64,000 bases of DNA from Podarcis muralis. Its lineage: Eukaryota. Positions 36,543-48,327 of this stretch are shown here, piece by piece. Within the stretch, counting starts at the first letter, position 1, and every line of letters starts with the position of its first letter. The stretch covers positions 35,898,001-35,962,000 of the forward strand of contig NC_135671.1 of the NCBI RefSeq assembly GCF_964188315.1. The letters are read 5' to 3'. The position numbers were made by a program, and so were the translations under genes. The notes beneath the pieces are model-generated. The model did not search any database and was not told where the DNA came from. It saw only the letters and a program-made list of their open reading frames with translations.

Positions 36543-36878
36543 CTGTGGGTTAAACCACAGAGCCTAGGACTTGCCGATCAGAAGGTCGGCAGTTCGAATC
36601 CCCGCGACGGGGTGAGCTCCCATTGCTTGGTCCCTGCTCCTGCTAACCTAGCAATTCAAAAGCACGTCAAAGTGCAAGTAGATAAATAGGTACCTTTCCA
36701 GGAGGGAAGGTAAACGGCATTTCCGTGCACTGCTCTGGTTCGCCAGATGCGGCTTAGTCATGCTGGCCACATGACCCAGAAGCTGTACGCCGGCTCCCTC
36801 GGCCAATAAAGCGAGATGAGCGCCGCAACCCCAGAGTCGGCCACGACTGGACCTAACAGTCAGGGGTCCCTTTACCTT
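36543..36878 (+). mobile_element. Sauria SINE nested in an L2-type 3' end, 13-bp TSD
   Basis: TSD taccccgcccatc at 36530-36542 and 36879-36891. The host repeat is seen uninterrupted at 33650-33790. Confidence 0.92.
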
Positions 36879-37323
36879 TACCCCGCCCATCTGGCTGGGC
36901 CTCCCCAGCCACTCTGGGCGGCTTCCAAGAAAGATTAAAAATACAAGGGCACACATTCCCCATCCCTACTTTAAACAAAAGCAGATGGGTGGGCTGAAGT
37001 ACAAGGCTTTTCATCTATCTTTCCCTGACCCTTCAAATGAGTCTAGCTCTCAGTCTCTTCCTTGGAGGTAGAAGGGAGAGAGCTGCATCTTATGTCAAAG
37101 GTAAGCTAAGGCAAGGCGCAGAGAAGCTGTCAGCTCTACCGGGTGTGCAATGTGCTTAGCCACCTTGTGATTCTGAGTTGGAAATACATCAGTATATAAC
37201 TGTCCAACTTCCACTCATCCACATTATTTGAACACAAACAATGCCCTCCGTTGAGGAGCTGGATTCACAAATGGCCTGGCTATGATCTTAGGAACACAGA
37301 CTCCCAATCTCATGTTACTTGTA

Positions 37324-37646
37324 CAGTGGTGCCCCGCAAGACGAATGCCTCACAAGACAAAAAACTCGCTAGACGAAAGGGTTTTCCGTTTTTTGAGTCG
37401 TTCCGCAAGATGAATTTCCCTATGGGCTTGCTTCGCAAGAAGAAACGTCTTGCGAGTTATTGCGAGTTTGTTTCCTTTTTCTTAAAGCCGCTAAGCCGTT
37501 AATAGCCGCTAAGCCGCTAAGCTGTTAATAGCCACTAAGCCGCTAATAGCTGCTAAGCCGCTAATAGCCGTGCTTCGCAAGACGAAAAAACCGCAAGACG
37601 AAGAGACTCGCGGAACGGATTAATTTCGTCTTGCGAGGCACCACTG
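37324..37646. mobile_element. Second Tc1/mariner MITE family with internal (taagccgctaatagccgc)-type tandem repeats
   Basis: TIR cagtggtgcc(c/t)cgcaagacgaa, flanked by TA. Confidence 0.82.
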
Positions 37647-39825
37647 TATAGTATGAATGTGGAGATGAGGTTGCTTTTTGCAGAGGAAATCAGCAGGTGG
37701 GAGGAGGCCTGATTCACTCTTCCCCTAGGCACTACTTTACTCCTACTCCTTACTCCTACTCCTTTCTTTTCCCAGCTTCATCAAAGGCCAGAAAAAAAGC
37801 ACAGCTGGAAGAAAAGTCTGCGGGTGAAAGTGGTAGGTAGGATTAGATATCACCCCTCCCACCTACTGCTTCTCCCCTTTCAGATGCTTCCTCTGTAGGA
37901 TAGAGCCCGGCTTTGCTAATATAATATGTATTTCTACAATGAGATAATGTGGTGCTTGGCGATAGTGGGATGGCTTCAGAAACCAGGCAGCAGCGAAAGT
38001 CAACCGTGAGGAGTCATCTGACAATAAGGCAAGATCTGAGACTAGGCTGAACCGCAGGAGGAGAACTGGCTGTGACAACTGTCTTCAAGGCACCCATTAC
38101 TGTCTCAAACACCAACAGCTCATGTGACACCATGAAAAAGGCAGGGGACCAGGCCTATGATCACAGCCTTTCTAGTGAGTGGCTGCTAGGAGTCAATACA
38201 AAGCTGCCAAAAACTAAAATATAAGCAGTGTAATGTGTACATTTGGCCTAGGAGCCCAAATGGTGACAGATCAGTGGACGCTTTTCCCTTGCAACCCTCC
38301 CTGTGCCATGAAACAAATATACCTTTAGAATCCCGCCCAGGGTAAAAGTATCTGGCGGAGGAAGTAACCAGGGGAAATCAGAGTGTAGAGGCAGAGTTAG
38401 ACAGCACCTGCCCACCACATCTGTGAGGCGAGTCACATCGTCCCCTGCTGCTTTTCAGCTTGTAGAGGACAAGCCAGGTTGCCACACCCAGCCCTACTGC
38501 CAGCCACATGTTGCAAGGCCCAGATTAATCAGGCAGAATACTGCCTGAACTTTTCTTCCTTAGATCTTCCACGGGGAAAAGAAGCTAACAAAATGGCTAA
38601 GTCTAGCAGGTAACTCTATTGATCTCTATTTTTTTACTTTTGGTTTGAACATTTATTTTATGGAAGAAAACGGGGGATACTTGAAATAGCTACATATACA
38701 TATACGAACTCTGGGATGGAATGCCCCAAAGGTCTGTGATTCTGAACCAGTCTGGAATCCTTATGCCCCATCCAGTTCCCAGTTTCAGTGTCCAGACCTT
38801 GCTCAAGTGACCCCTTCGTATTCTACCAGAGGACAGGGATGGCTAGCTCCAGAGGGAGGCAAGGGTGGGCATCTGCTGGGAACCCAAGACCAGCAAGGGG
38901 CCCATTGCCCCCATTTACATTATGAGCACCCAAAATACTGGTGGTAGTGTGTGGGAATTCCTGTTCTGTGCAGCTTAAGGGGGTCCACTGAAGGTACCTT
39001 TCTGGGAGACGCACACCCCCTTAAATCCTGGGAGAGGAATAGATATAAGTGGCAGCAATATTCCCAACAAGATTTAAAATAATAATAATTATTATTATTT
39101 ATACCCTGCCCTCCCCAGCCAAGACCGGGCTCAGGGCGGCTAACACCAAATATAAAAACAATTGATTAGAATACAGTGAATTTTAAGAGCGTTTGTTGGA
39201 ATTGCTCTCTTTTCTTATGCATTGTAAAATGAAGACAAATATCACAGATGTGGTTGCCCTCTCTAAATGACACGCTTCCCCTCAAACTTCCCAGCAGATG
39301 GCGCTGCAGGGCAGCTTCCAGAAAGCAAAAGCTAGTTACTGTTCCCAAGTCCCACCTAGGTATCCTCATCACCCTGTTCAGCTCACGGTTTGCAAGAAGA
39401 GGATGAGATCCCGCCAAGCTGGCCAGGGAAGGAAGGATGTCCTTCTTCACAAGAGGAAAAGCAGAGTGGGAAAGGCCAGGAAGCCACCGTGGCTTTTGCA
39501 TGGAAGCTGCTGCCATCAGGTTCTGACCCCTGGACCCTCTTCCATTTAGAACTTTCAAGGAATTCCAGAACTTCCTGAAAACTGACTGTGAGATCATTTC
39601 ATCTGAGGACACAGGAGGCCAACCCAAAGGCACTGTTTACCACAAAGAGCACCTTCAGGTGCAAACAGCAGGCAGGACAGGAGTGGCGAGGGATGGGGGT
39701 GCTCCACAGGAAAATATTGTGGGCCCCAATCCAGATATAGCTGCTTTGTCTTTAAAATTAAGAATGCTGTTAAAAAGAGTCTGAAGGTGTTTTTGGCTAT
39801 TAGATCACACAGCTAGCTGCCAGTC

Positions 39826-39830
<5 letters not shown>

Positions 39831-39882
<52 letters not shown>

Positions 39883-40295
39883 TTTATTTATACCCCACCC
39901 TCCCCAGCCAGAGCCAGGCTCAGGGCAGCTAACACCAGTAAAATTACAATAAAGGCATAATGGGGGGGGGGACAAACCAATTTAAAATACAGGTTAAAAT
40001 GCCATTTAAAATGCAGCCTCATTTTATAAGTAGCCCGTAAATCAAAACCGTAAGGGGAAGGAAACAGAAGGGCCAGACTGAGTCCAAACCAAAGGCCAGG
40101 TGGAACAGCTGTGTCTTGCAGGCCCTGCGGAAAGATGTCAAGTCCCACAGGGCCCTAGTCTCTTGTGACAGAGCGTTCCACCAAGTTGGGGCCAGTACTG
40201 AAAAGGCCCTGGCCCTAGTTGAGACCAATCTAACCACCTTTCGACTTGGGACCTCCAAAGTGTTGTCATTTGTGGACCTTAAGGTCCTCTGCGAG
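39831..40295 (-). mobile_element. L2 LINE 3' fragment with (AAT)n tail
   Basis: ORF 40019-40258 reads RAFSVLAPTWWNAL..FRRACKTQLFHLAF, an L2 ORF2 C-terminal motif. The (AAT)n array at about 39831-39882 is the tail. Confidence 0.75.
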
Positions 40296-40649
40296 GCTAC
40301 AAGTCACACAAAAAAACACTCAAGAAATGTTTGCGTATGTACGTGAACAAGCTTGACACCCCCCACTCCAGAGCTCAGCATATCTAGCCAGCTCTGGTTC
40401 TTTCTTTCTGGACAAGCAGCTCCTCTTGCCGTTCTCCCCACAACCTTGCCCTGCCATGATGCCCACCCCCAGTATCCATACCAGGGACATGACAAAGTAC
40501 ATGGCAAGGCCTTGTCTGGGAATGGAGTTTATTTATCAAAATAGCGTTATGGCTTCAATCAGATTACATTATGGAATTACATCTGAAGACAAGACGTAGG
40601 TAGGCAGGGTGACTTGCAGGACATGAGTTCCATGGATGGCGCTATTAAT

Positions 40650-43600
40650 TCACAGATTGCAGGCGGCGACCCAGTAACTCAGATCTCTGCCGCGGCAATG
40701 ATCTCTCCAGCCATACCTAAGGAGAAAGGGGGAGCAGGGAGAGAAAGAAATGCAGACAGCATGCGAAGCCAGTCATGAGCCAGATGGATCCATGGCCTTA
40801 CTCTGTATACGGCAGCTTCTTATGTACTTCCATTGTAATGAAATGGAAAAGTGTGACATGATAGCATCAGGCTGTGCATTCCTCCACATCTGCCTCGTGT
40901 TGCTGGAGGACTGTGGGGAATTTGAATAGTGGCTCACAGAACCAGCCATCTGGTATGGGGGTCCCAGGGTAGCTGTCAGTCTCCATGGTCCCTGCTAGGA
41001 TGGGACGTTGGTGGAAACCAAATGCTGGACCCAGCAGGGTTCTTCTTAACTGAGGAGCCAGCAAAGTTTGGAGGTCCTAGTTGTACAACGGTGTGTCCTG
41101 AATGCATGCCCTTGTTGAGAACAGCAATCTGAGCACACCATTAGTTAGACCCCCCCACACAGATGTTGGGGAACCTGTGGCCCTCCAGATGTTGCTGCAC
41201 CACAACTCCAATCATCCCACCCCATTGGCCATTAAGGTTGAGGCTAATGCAAGTTGGGAGTCCAACAATATCCTGGGCAGGGGAGCACAGGCAGTGGCGT
41301 AGCGTGGGTTGTCAGCACCCGGGGCAAGGCAAGTAATTTGCGCCCCCTAACCCGTGGATTTGCGCCCCCTAACCCGTGGATTTGCGCCCCCTAACCCGTG
41401 GATTTGCCCTAACCCCAGATGTTGCGCCCGGTGCGGCCGCCCCCCCCCGCACCCCCCACGCTACGCCACTGAGCACAGGTTTCCCACAGCTGACACAGAC
41501 AAAGGACACGGAGAATGCTTATTTATAGTATCTCCCTGAAATTGCTGGGAGGAGAAATCAGACTGTGTTCTTGACAGGGTGGTTATTCTTCTCGTGTGTC
41601 TATGACTCACTTGCCTATGTGATTATCTGGACATCTCCACTACTTTTGGGGTCTCTCTTTGGCCCACTTGTCTTTGGGGTCTGAAACTTGGAACTGGGTC
41701 ATACCAATTTAGATTGCCAATGGGGATTCACAGGATTGCATGCTCCCTCATACAAAAACATCCCTGAACATAACAAAACTCATTGTCAGATAGCATGTCT
41801 ATGTAGGGTGTTGTTTTGTTTTGTTTCGTTTTGTTTTGTTTTGTTTCATTTCGTATGAAGAAGCATCCAAGTCTTTGAGTGCAATCTGAGTGATGCAGCA
41901 CAGACTCAGGTTTACAACCTCAGAAAGAACTAGGCCTTAATCTGCACTTAAATTATCTTTTTGGGGTATCCTTGCCTTGTCTCGTGTGCCTAAAAAATCT
42001 GAATCTCTTTGCTCTGTAGATAATTTACTGCAGTGCCCTCTCTTTGTGGGTCAGTCTGGTCCAGAATGCAGAGGTGATCTGTGATGGAGTGATAGTCCTC
42101 CTGGCTTTGGGCAAAGTGAGTGCAGGGAATGGACCAGAACTCTCCAGCATCTTCAGTTTAAAAGGATCAGGTGATGGATCAGGTGATGGGAAAGACTCAT
42201 TTCTGCCTGAGAACCTGGAGAACTACTGCCAAACAGATTAATCTCAGTACTAGACGGCATTGACTTGCAATAAGTTAGTTTCATATGTCTAGATGACTAT
42301 GTGTTCATGAGTACCCAAACCTGAGGTTTAGTCCCAATGCCAGATTTCAGGACCCAGGCTATTGGGGAATACAACTGTGTGTTTGACTGCATCTGCAGTT
42401 CTGTTATTTGAAATATTTCTCCCACTCAAACACTGATCAGGATGGCAAATTTTTATTATTATTTTTACTACTATTAATTCAAGGTTTCAAACCAGAAATC
42501 TTAAGCAATCATTCCTTCCTTGCCCACCCTCCAATAAGAACTGGAAAATGGAATTGGCACAGGTGCTTACTGCCAATGGGATTTTAAGGCTAGATGGACA
42601 GCTACCAGAAAGAGGAGATAATACAGAATGGAAAGATGGGTGGAGCAGGTAGACAAGGCTACTGAAAGACAAACTCATCCCCTTACCAGTCTGCCAAGCC
42701 TTCTGGTTCAGCTGTAGCTCGCTTGAGACAGATTATGTCATCAATAATTTCTTCGGTAAGTAGATCTAGGGTGTGAGGAGGAAATGGCAATATTATGTAC
42801 TGTACAATAATATACTGTTGGCATCTGTCTGTCTTGAGAGACAATGGAGTGTGCCTCTGGGGGTGAAGTCAAATCACTATATTAGCAGTATCAAAGTGAC
42901 TCCCCCCCCCCCCAGGGTGCAGGACAGGCAGATTGTATGGCAGCTTGGCTACAGGAGTTGCCAGAAGGAGGTGCACAAGGAGCCATCCAACTGCCTTAGG
43001 GACTCCACTCTGGATTCATGTAGGGTTTACTCCCTTGCCTATTCCTCTCCTGAAGATATCCCACAAGGCAGCAGAGATTTAGGATCAGATTTTCCTTCTC
43101 CTAGATGAGCTACCTTCCCAGGTTGACGAGCCTTATCTACCCCTCAATTCCCTCTACAGCACATGCAAAAACTTCCTTCTTGACCGTTGAACCCTCTAAT
43201 GGTCTCATTAATACATACTGAGATAAATGTTGTTAAATAATTATTTATACTGAGCTATCTGTGTGCAGCAGTTTCAGCAGAGTGCAAAAGGCCAGATTGA
43301 AACGGATTGTTTGCAGGTTGGTCCTATCATTAGGCAGAGTGATGCAGCTGCTTCAAGAGGCAAATGCCCAGCAAGGGAGGGACTACGTTGAGAGTGAGAT
43401 CTTCTCAAAGGAAGATTAAGGAGTGCTTAGGGCTTGTGGGGGTGTACTTTGATGCCAGTGACCATTTCTTTTGATTTCCAAACATGCCCCTGTGTCCCCA
43501 AAGGTCGGTGACCCTGGCCTAATGAAAGGGCAATGAGTGGTTGGTGGTTGGGTGGCTAAAACAAGAGAGTTGGAACAGCCTGTGGTTCAGAGGAAGTGAT

Positions 43601-45338
43601 GGCCAGAGGAAGGAGTCTCAGGGAGGGAAGCAAAGGGTTGCAGGGGAAGAGATGTTAAAGAGAGGAGGAAGGGGGAAATTCTCATATGGATCTGAAAGCA
43701 AAGCCCAGATCTCTAGTTACAGGCCCCTATTAATAATATAACAGTGTTTCTGTGGCAGGTTTCCAAAGCGTACAAAGCACTTTAAATACATTAGCTCAGT
43801 AATCATTACAGCAATTATTTAAAACAGATTTCATTTACTCAGTTAAACATAGGTGCCCTTATACATGGGACTCAGCTACACTCATCAATTATATTGTTAT
43901 AACTGCTTTATAAACATGTGACACCGGATGGTGCTGTAGAGCTATAGATTCGTCACCAATGGGATTTTTCCATTAAGAGTGTTCATAACACGTTTTTTTC
44001 TGCAGTGTATATAGATCCAGCCTGGGTCAGACTATAATTTTATCTTACTTTATTTTATTTTCTGACAAGCGCAATATTGTCTACTCTGATTGGCAGATGT
44101 TTCCCAGGAACTTTGACAGAGACTCTTTCCCATCACAGAAGCATGAGAAGAGCATTGCTGGATCAGGCCAGAGGCCTATCTTGTCCAGCATCCTGTCCTT
44201 ACAGTGGCCAACCAGATGCGTTTGGGAAGCCTCCAAGCTGGATTTGACCGCAACAGCATTCTCCCCACTTGTGGTTATCACCAACTGGTGTTTAGAAACA
44301 TACTGTCTACAAGAATGGATGTAGAACGTGGTCATCACAGCTAGTAATCTTTGACAGCCTTACACTCCATGTATTGTTCAACAGTGGAACAGATTCTCAC
44401 AAGAGCTGGTGGACTCTCCTTCCTTGGAGGTTTTTAAGCAGAGGCTGGAGGACCACCTGTCATGTATGATCTAGCTTAGATTCCTGCATTTCAGGGGGTT
44501 GGACTAGATGACCTTTGGAGGTCCCTTCCAACTCCGTGAGGGACAGGGATCTGTCCTACATCTTCTGCTGTGAAGACAGATGCAAAGAATACATTCTGCT
44601 TCCCTGAACTCTCTTTATCCTCCTTTAGCACACCTCTGATTTCCTTGTTGTCCAAAAATTCAACTGCTTCCTTAGGTTTATGTTTCTAGCAATGGGCTCA
44701 TCCCATTCTGTTTGGGTATCCCTTGGTATCTGCTTGCACTTATCTTGCCAAGGTTTGTACTCCTTTTGTTCTTTTCAATTGGACAATACTTCCCTTTTCT
44801 TCCTTCTTGACTCTAATACTCTCCTTGACTCTTCTCCTTAATCACGTTCCATCCCCTTGGGCCTAGTGATCTGCAATATACATTATAGCCCAGCTTCTCT
44901 TGTGGTGCTTTTGAGCAACCCCCAAGCAGGCAGTTCCACACGATACATTCAAGGCATATTCAACACCAATCTAAAGTACATGGCTTCCCCCCAAAGAATT
45001 CTGTGAACTGTAGTTTGTTATGGTTGCCAAGAACTGTAGTTCTGTGAAGGGGGAACTGCAATTCCGAGGGCCTTCTGGCAGTTCCCACACTGCGAAAAGT
45101 GAAGCTACAGGGAACCAGGCAGAGGGCCTTCTCAGTAGTGGCACCCACCCTGTGGAATGCCCTTTGGTCAGATGTTATGGAGATGAGTAATTATATAACA
45201 TTTAGGAAACATCTGAAGGCAGCCCTGTAAAGGGAAACTTTAGAACGATTAATGTTTGACTATGTTTTTATATATGCTGGAAGCTGCCCATAGTGGCTGG
45301 GGCAACCCAGTCAGAAGGGTGAGGTATAATAATAATAA

Positions 45339-45378
<40 letters not shown>

Positions 45379-46219
45379 TGTTATTCCCAGAATCCTTTGG
45401 CGGAAGCCATGTGCAATGAATGTGGATTTGCCCCTTTTTTGAGAAATTTGACCCTGCTGTTACAGCCTGAGCCTTACTTAATATGCCAGGGATCTTTACA
45501 CAGGGCCTTCAACATGTAATGTCTATGTCTCTCCAGCACTGGACTATTACCCCACCCTGAAAATCCATGCAGTCTCTTAATTGAGTGACAGCCACTACAT
45601 CACCCTGATTTTCAATGGCTGGTGTTGCAGCTGTGGCTATGTGGATTCTAGCAAATTCTCAGAACATCTGCTGGAGATTGGAAGACTGCAGCAGAGCTAG
45701 TTATGAGCATTCTCTGCAAAGGAATCCCTGAGCAGGATCACTAGTTTTAAATAATTTGGAGGTTCCATTTACAATGAAGAGGCATACAAATTCTGTTAAA
45801 TAGATTTGCCAGGCCAGACTGTGGGCTTGCTGTGCCCAGCATGGAGGTTGCACCTTAACCCAGGCACTCACCCTGCCTTCTTGCAAGGACACTCACCAAA
45901 GCAAGATAAACTGCACAGGTTCTTTGATAGAGTGTGTCGATCAGCACACCAGGAGCGACTGTTGATCTGGAAGATGCCGTATTCGGAGCTGCCATCTGAG
46001 TTATGCATCACAGTTTCCGTGTTGAAGCCACTTGCAAAGTACGCCAAACAGATCCCTAAGATGGACAGGTGGACAGGTTAACCACTTTCCCCCCCAGAAA
46101 GAAGTTGTTAGGAAAGCAGATTTTATCAGAGATGAAATTTGTCTCAAGGAAAATGTGAGTGGGCTTTCCCTCACTGGAACTCAGTTCTGGCTCCTCTCAG
46201 GTGGGTGCCACTGTCATAA

Positions 46220-46305
<86 letters not shown>

Positions 46306-48327
46306 TTTATTTATATCCCGCCCTCCCCAGCCGAAGCCGGGCTCAGGGCGGCTAACAACAATAAAACAGTACAAAAGTACAGCACAAACAACACTCTAAA
46401 ATCATTCATTATAAAATTACGTAGCTGTTTTACTACAAAGGAATTTCAGAAATAGACTGGAAAGAGAAGCTGCTGAGTTGCAACTCATTACTAAACTTAA
46501 AACCATGGAGAAACCTGGTCTGAACAAAGACATTGGATTCTTATCTCATTATATATGACAAAGCCAATTTTCACCTTCTCACCCCTTGCTTTTTCCTGTA
46601 AGACCTATTGCAGTCGTTAAGAGTCGTCAACAGGCTCACCACAGCTATCTGCCCATCACCCATTCCCACCACCCTTCTGAGTAATACCCCTCCCCACCTT
46701 CTCACTATATAGAAGGATCTGGCAACTTCTGTTTCAGTGTATCTGAAGAAGTGTGCATGCACACGAAAGCTCATACCAAGAACTAACTTAGTTGGTCTTT
46801 AAGGTGCTACTGGAAGGAATTTTTTTTGTTTTGTCTGTATTCAGGTTAGCAAAAACAACACAGCTGTGGAACTTCTTGCCATAATAAAAATTCTGTGGCA
46901 AACAATTCAGCAATTTCCAAAGATAGAATATTCAGTTGCCAGTTGATTATGCAAACTCTGCCGCCATCTTCTACCACTTTGTGTCTGGCTCCGCCCCAGT
47001 GCCACCATTTTGTGACTGGTGGGCCTCAGTAAATTTCAATCATTTCAAGTGGGCCCTTAGGGTAGAAAGTCTGAGAAGCTTTCCAAAGCATAATGTCCAT
47101 TGTTGTTTTCTTCAAAGTGGATTTGTCGTACTAGAGCAACAGAGTGCTTTAATCTACTTCTAATGCAGAAACCTGTAATTTCAGCATGCACTTGAAACCC
47201 GGCTGCAAAATATTGAGACTGGAGGCTAGAGCTGCCATACTTCAAAAAGTAAAAACCAGGAAACCACCAAAATTGTTGAGCTTTTTAAAGGGAAACCCTA
47301 AAATTCACCCCAGACGTCAATTCCACCTTTGAAATCCCAGTACAGTGGTACCTCGGGTTAAGTACTTAATTCGTTCCGGAGGTCCGTTCTTAACCTGAAA
47401 CTGTTCTTAACCTGAAGCACCACTTTAGCTAATGGGGCCTCCTGCTGCCGCCGCACCACCGGAGCACAATTTCTGTTCTCATCCTGAAGCAAAGTTCTTA
47501 ACCCGAGGTAATATTTCTGGGTTAGTGGAGTCTGTAACCTGAAGCGTATGTAACCCGAGGTACCACTGTATTGTCCAGGAAAATCTGAGCATATGGCAGC
47601 CAGAGCAAGTTGGGAAACTGGTTTCTTGGGGCCACTTTAATTTCTGCCCACACACTCAATGGCTTTCTGCAAACTTCTCCTTGCCCACATACAAGCTGAT
47701 CCTGCCAGTTTTGGTGATGCACCATGTCTTCATAAAGGTAAAGGTACCCCTGCCCGTACGGGCCAGTCTTGACAGACTCTAGGGTTGTGCGCCCATCTCA
47801 CTCAAGAGGCCGGGGGCCAGCGCTGTCCGGAGACACTTCCGGGTCACGTGGCCAGCGTGACAAAGCTGGATCTGGCGAGCCAGTGCAGCACACGGAAACG
47901 TTGTTTACCTTCCCACCAGTAAGTGGTCCCTATTTATCTACTTGCACCCAGGGGTGCTTTCGAACTGCTAGGTTGGCAGGCGCTGGGACCAAGCAACGGG
48001 AGCGCACCCCGCCGCGGGGATTCGAACCGCCGACCTTTCGATCGGCAAGTTCTAGGCACTGAGGCTTTTACCCACAGCGCCACCCGCGTCCCATACCCTC
48101 TTCATACCCTCCCACAAAACACATACCCTCTTCATACCCTCCCACAAAACACAGTAAGCAAACTGACAACCGCTCCTTGGCTACTCACAGTTAGCTAAGC
48201 TGTAGCCCTCATGCCCATCCATTCCCCAGCGTTTCAGTGTCTGCGCCAGCTCACAGCGACTGTAGATCTTGCTACGGACTTTCACCGCAAGGCAGGCCAT
48301 AAGGGGCAGCAGCAAAAGAGCCTTCAT
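40650..48327 (-). CDS. C-type lysozyme-like protein D, predicted non-catalytic (Glu35Ala, Asp52Glu; SPACA5/SPACA3-like motifs), 147 aa
   Basis: Exons (-): 48327-48189, 46055-45897, 42765-42687, 40716-40650 (TGA), all GT-AG. None of these exons is called by the ORF track. Protein [147 protein letters not shown] has 8 Cys. Confidence 0.92.
41292..41471. mobile_element. hAT-type MITE (same family as 24049-24206) with 8-bp TSD
   Basis: TSD agcacagg at 41284-41291 and 41472-41479. Carries one more 22-bp unit than the other copy. Confidence 0.87.
42820..43200 (+). mobile_element. Interspersed repeat (probable RTE/Bov-B-like LINE 5' region), copy 1
   Basis: Homologous to 62180-62640 (gagacaatggagtgtg..ggggtgaagtcaaa..ccttagggactccactc). 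Family name inferred from recall. Confidence 0.5.
44375..44540 (+). mobile_element. CR1 LINE 3' end
   Basis: ggactctccttccttggaggtttttaagcagaggctgga..ggttggactagatgacc..ggtcccttccaactc. Further CR1-type fragments at about 17237-17320, 44130-44370, 44560-44870, 52170-52270 and 53300-53350. Confidence 0.75.
45060..45378 (+). mobile_element. L2 LINE 3' fragment with (AAT)/(AGT)n tail
   Basis: gggccttctcagtagtggcacccaccctgtggaatgcc ([13 protein letters not shown]) followed by a microsatellite tail. Confidence 0.65.
46217..46303. repeat. Compound (AGT)n(AAT)n microsatellite (L2 tail)
   Basis: Read directly. It explains the poly-S/N, poly-V/I and poly-Y ORFs. Confidence 0.95.
47343..47568. mobile_element. 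Tc1/mariner (Tigger/pogo-like) MITE
   Basis: Same family as 2981-3222, TA-flanked. Confidence 0.87.
47735..48092 (-). mobile_element. Sauria SINE (second subfamily) in gene D intron 1
   Basis: Full length. tcttcata occurs at both 47727-47734 and 48099-48106. Confidence 0.9.

Noticed and set aside
40320-40502. ORF with ..LWSGGCQAC as lysozyme D exon 4
   Set aside because: A proper exon 4 with acceptor and the WRDHC..DLSYW..CNL* motif is at 40716-40650.
41340-41420. Interstitial telomeric repeat or CRISPR-like array
   Set aside because: The CCCTAA hexamers are isolated within 22-bp units of a TIR/TSD-bounded hAT MITE. There are no unique spacers and the context is eukaryotic.
40650-48327. 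Gene D (or B) as a true alpha-lactalbumin orthologue
   Set aside because: The galactosyltransferase-binding cluster (F31, H32, Q117, W118) and the D82 Ca ligand are not jointly present. D has Y/F/Y/W with T at 82. B has C/H/Q/Y and keeps both catalytic residues.
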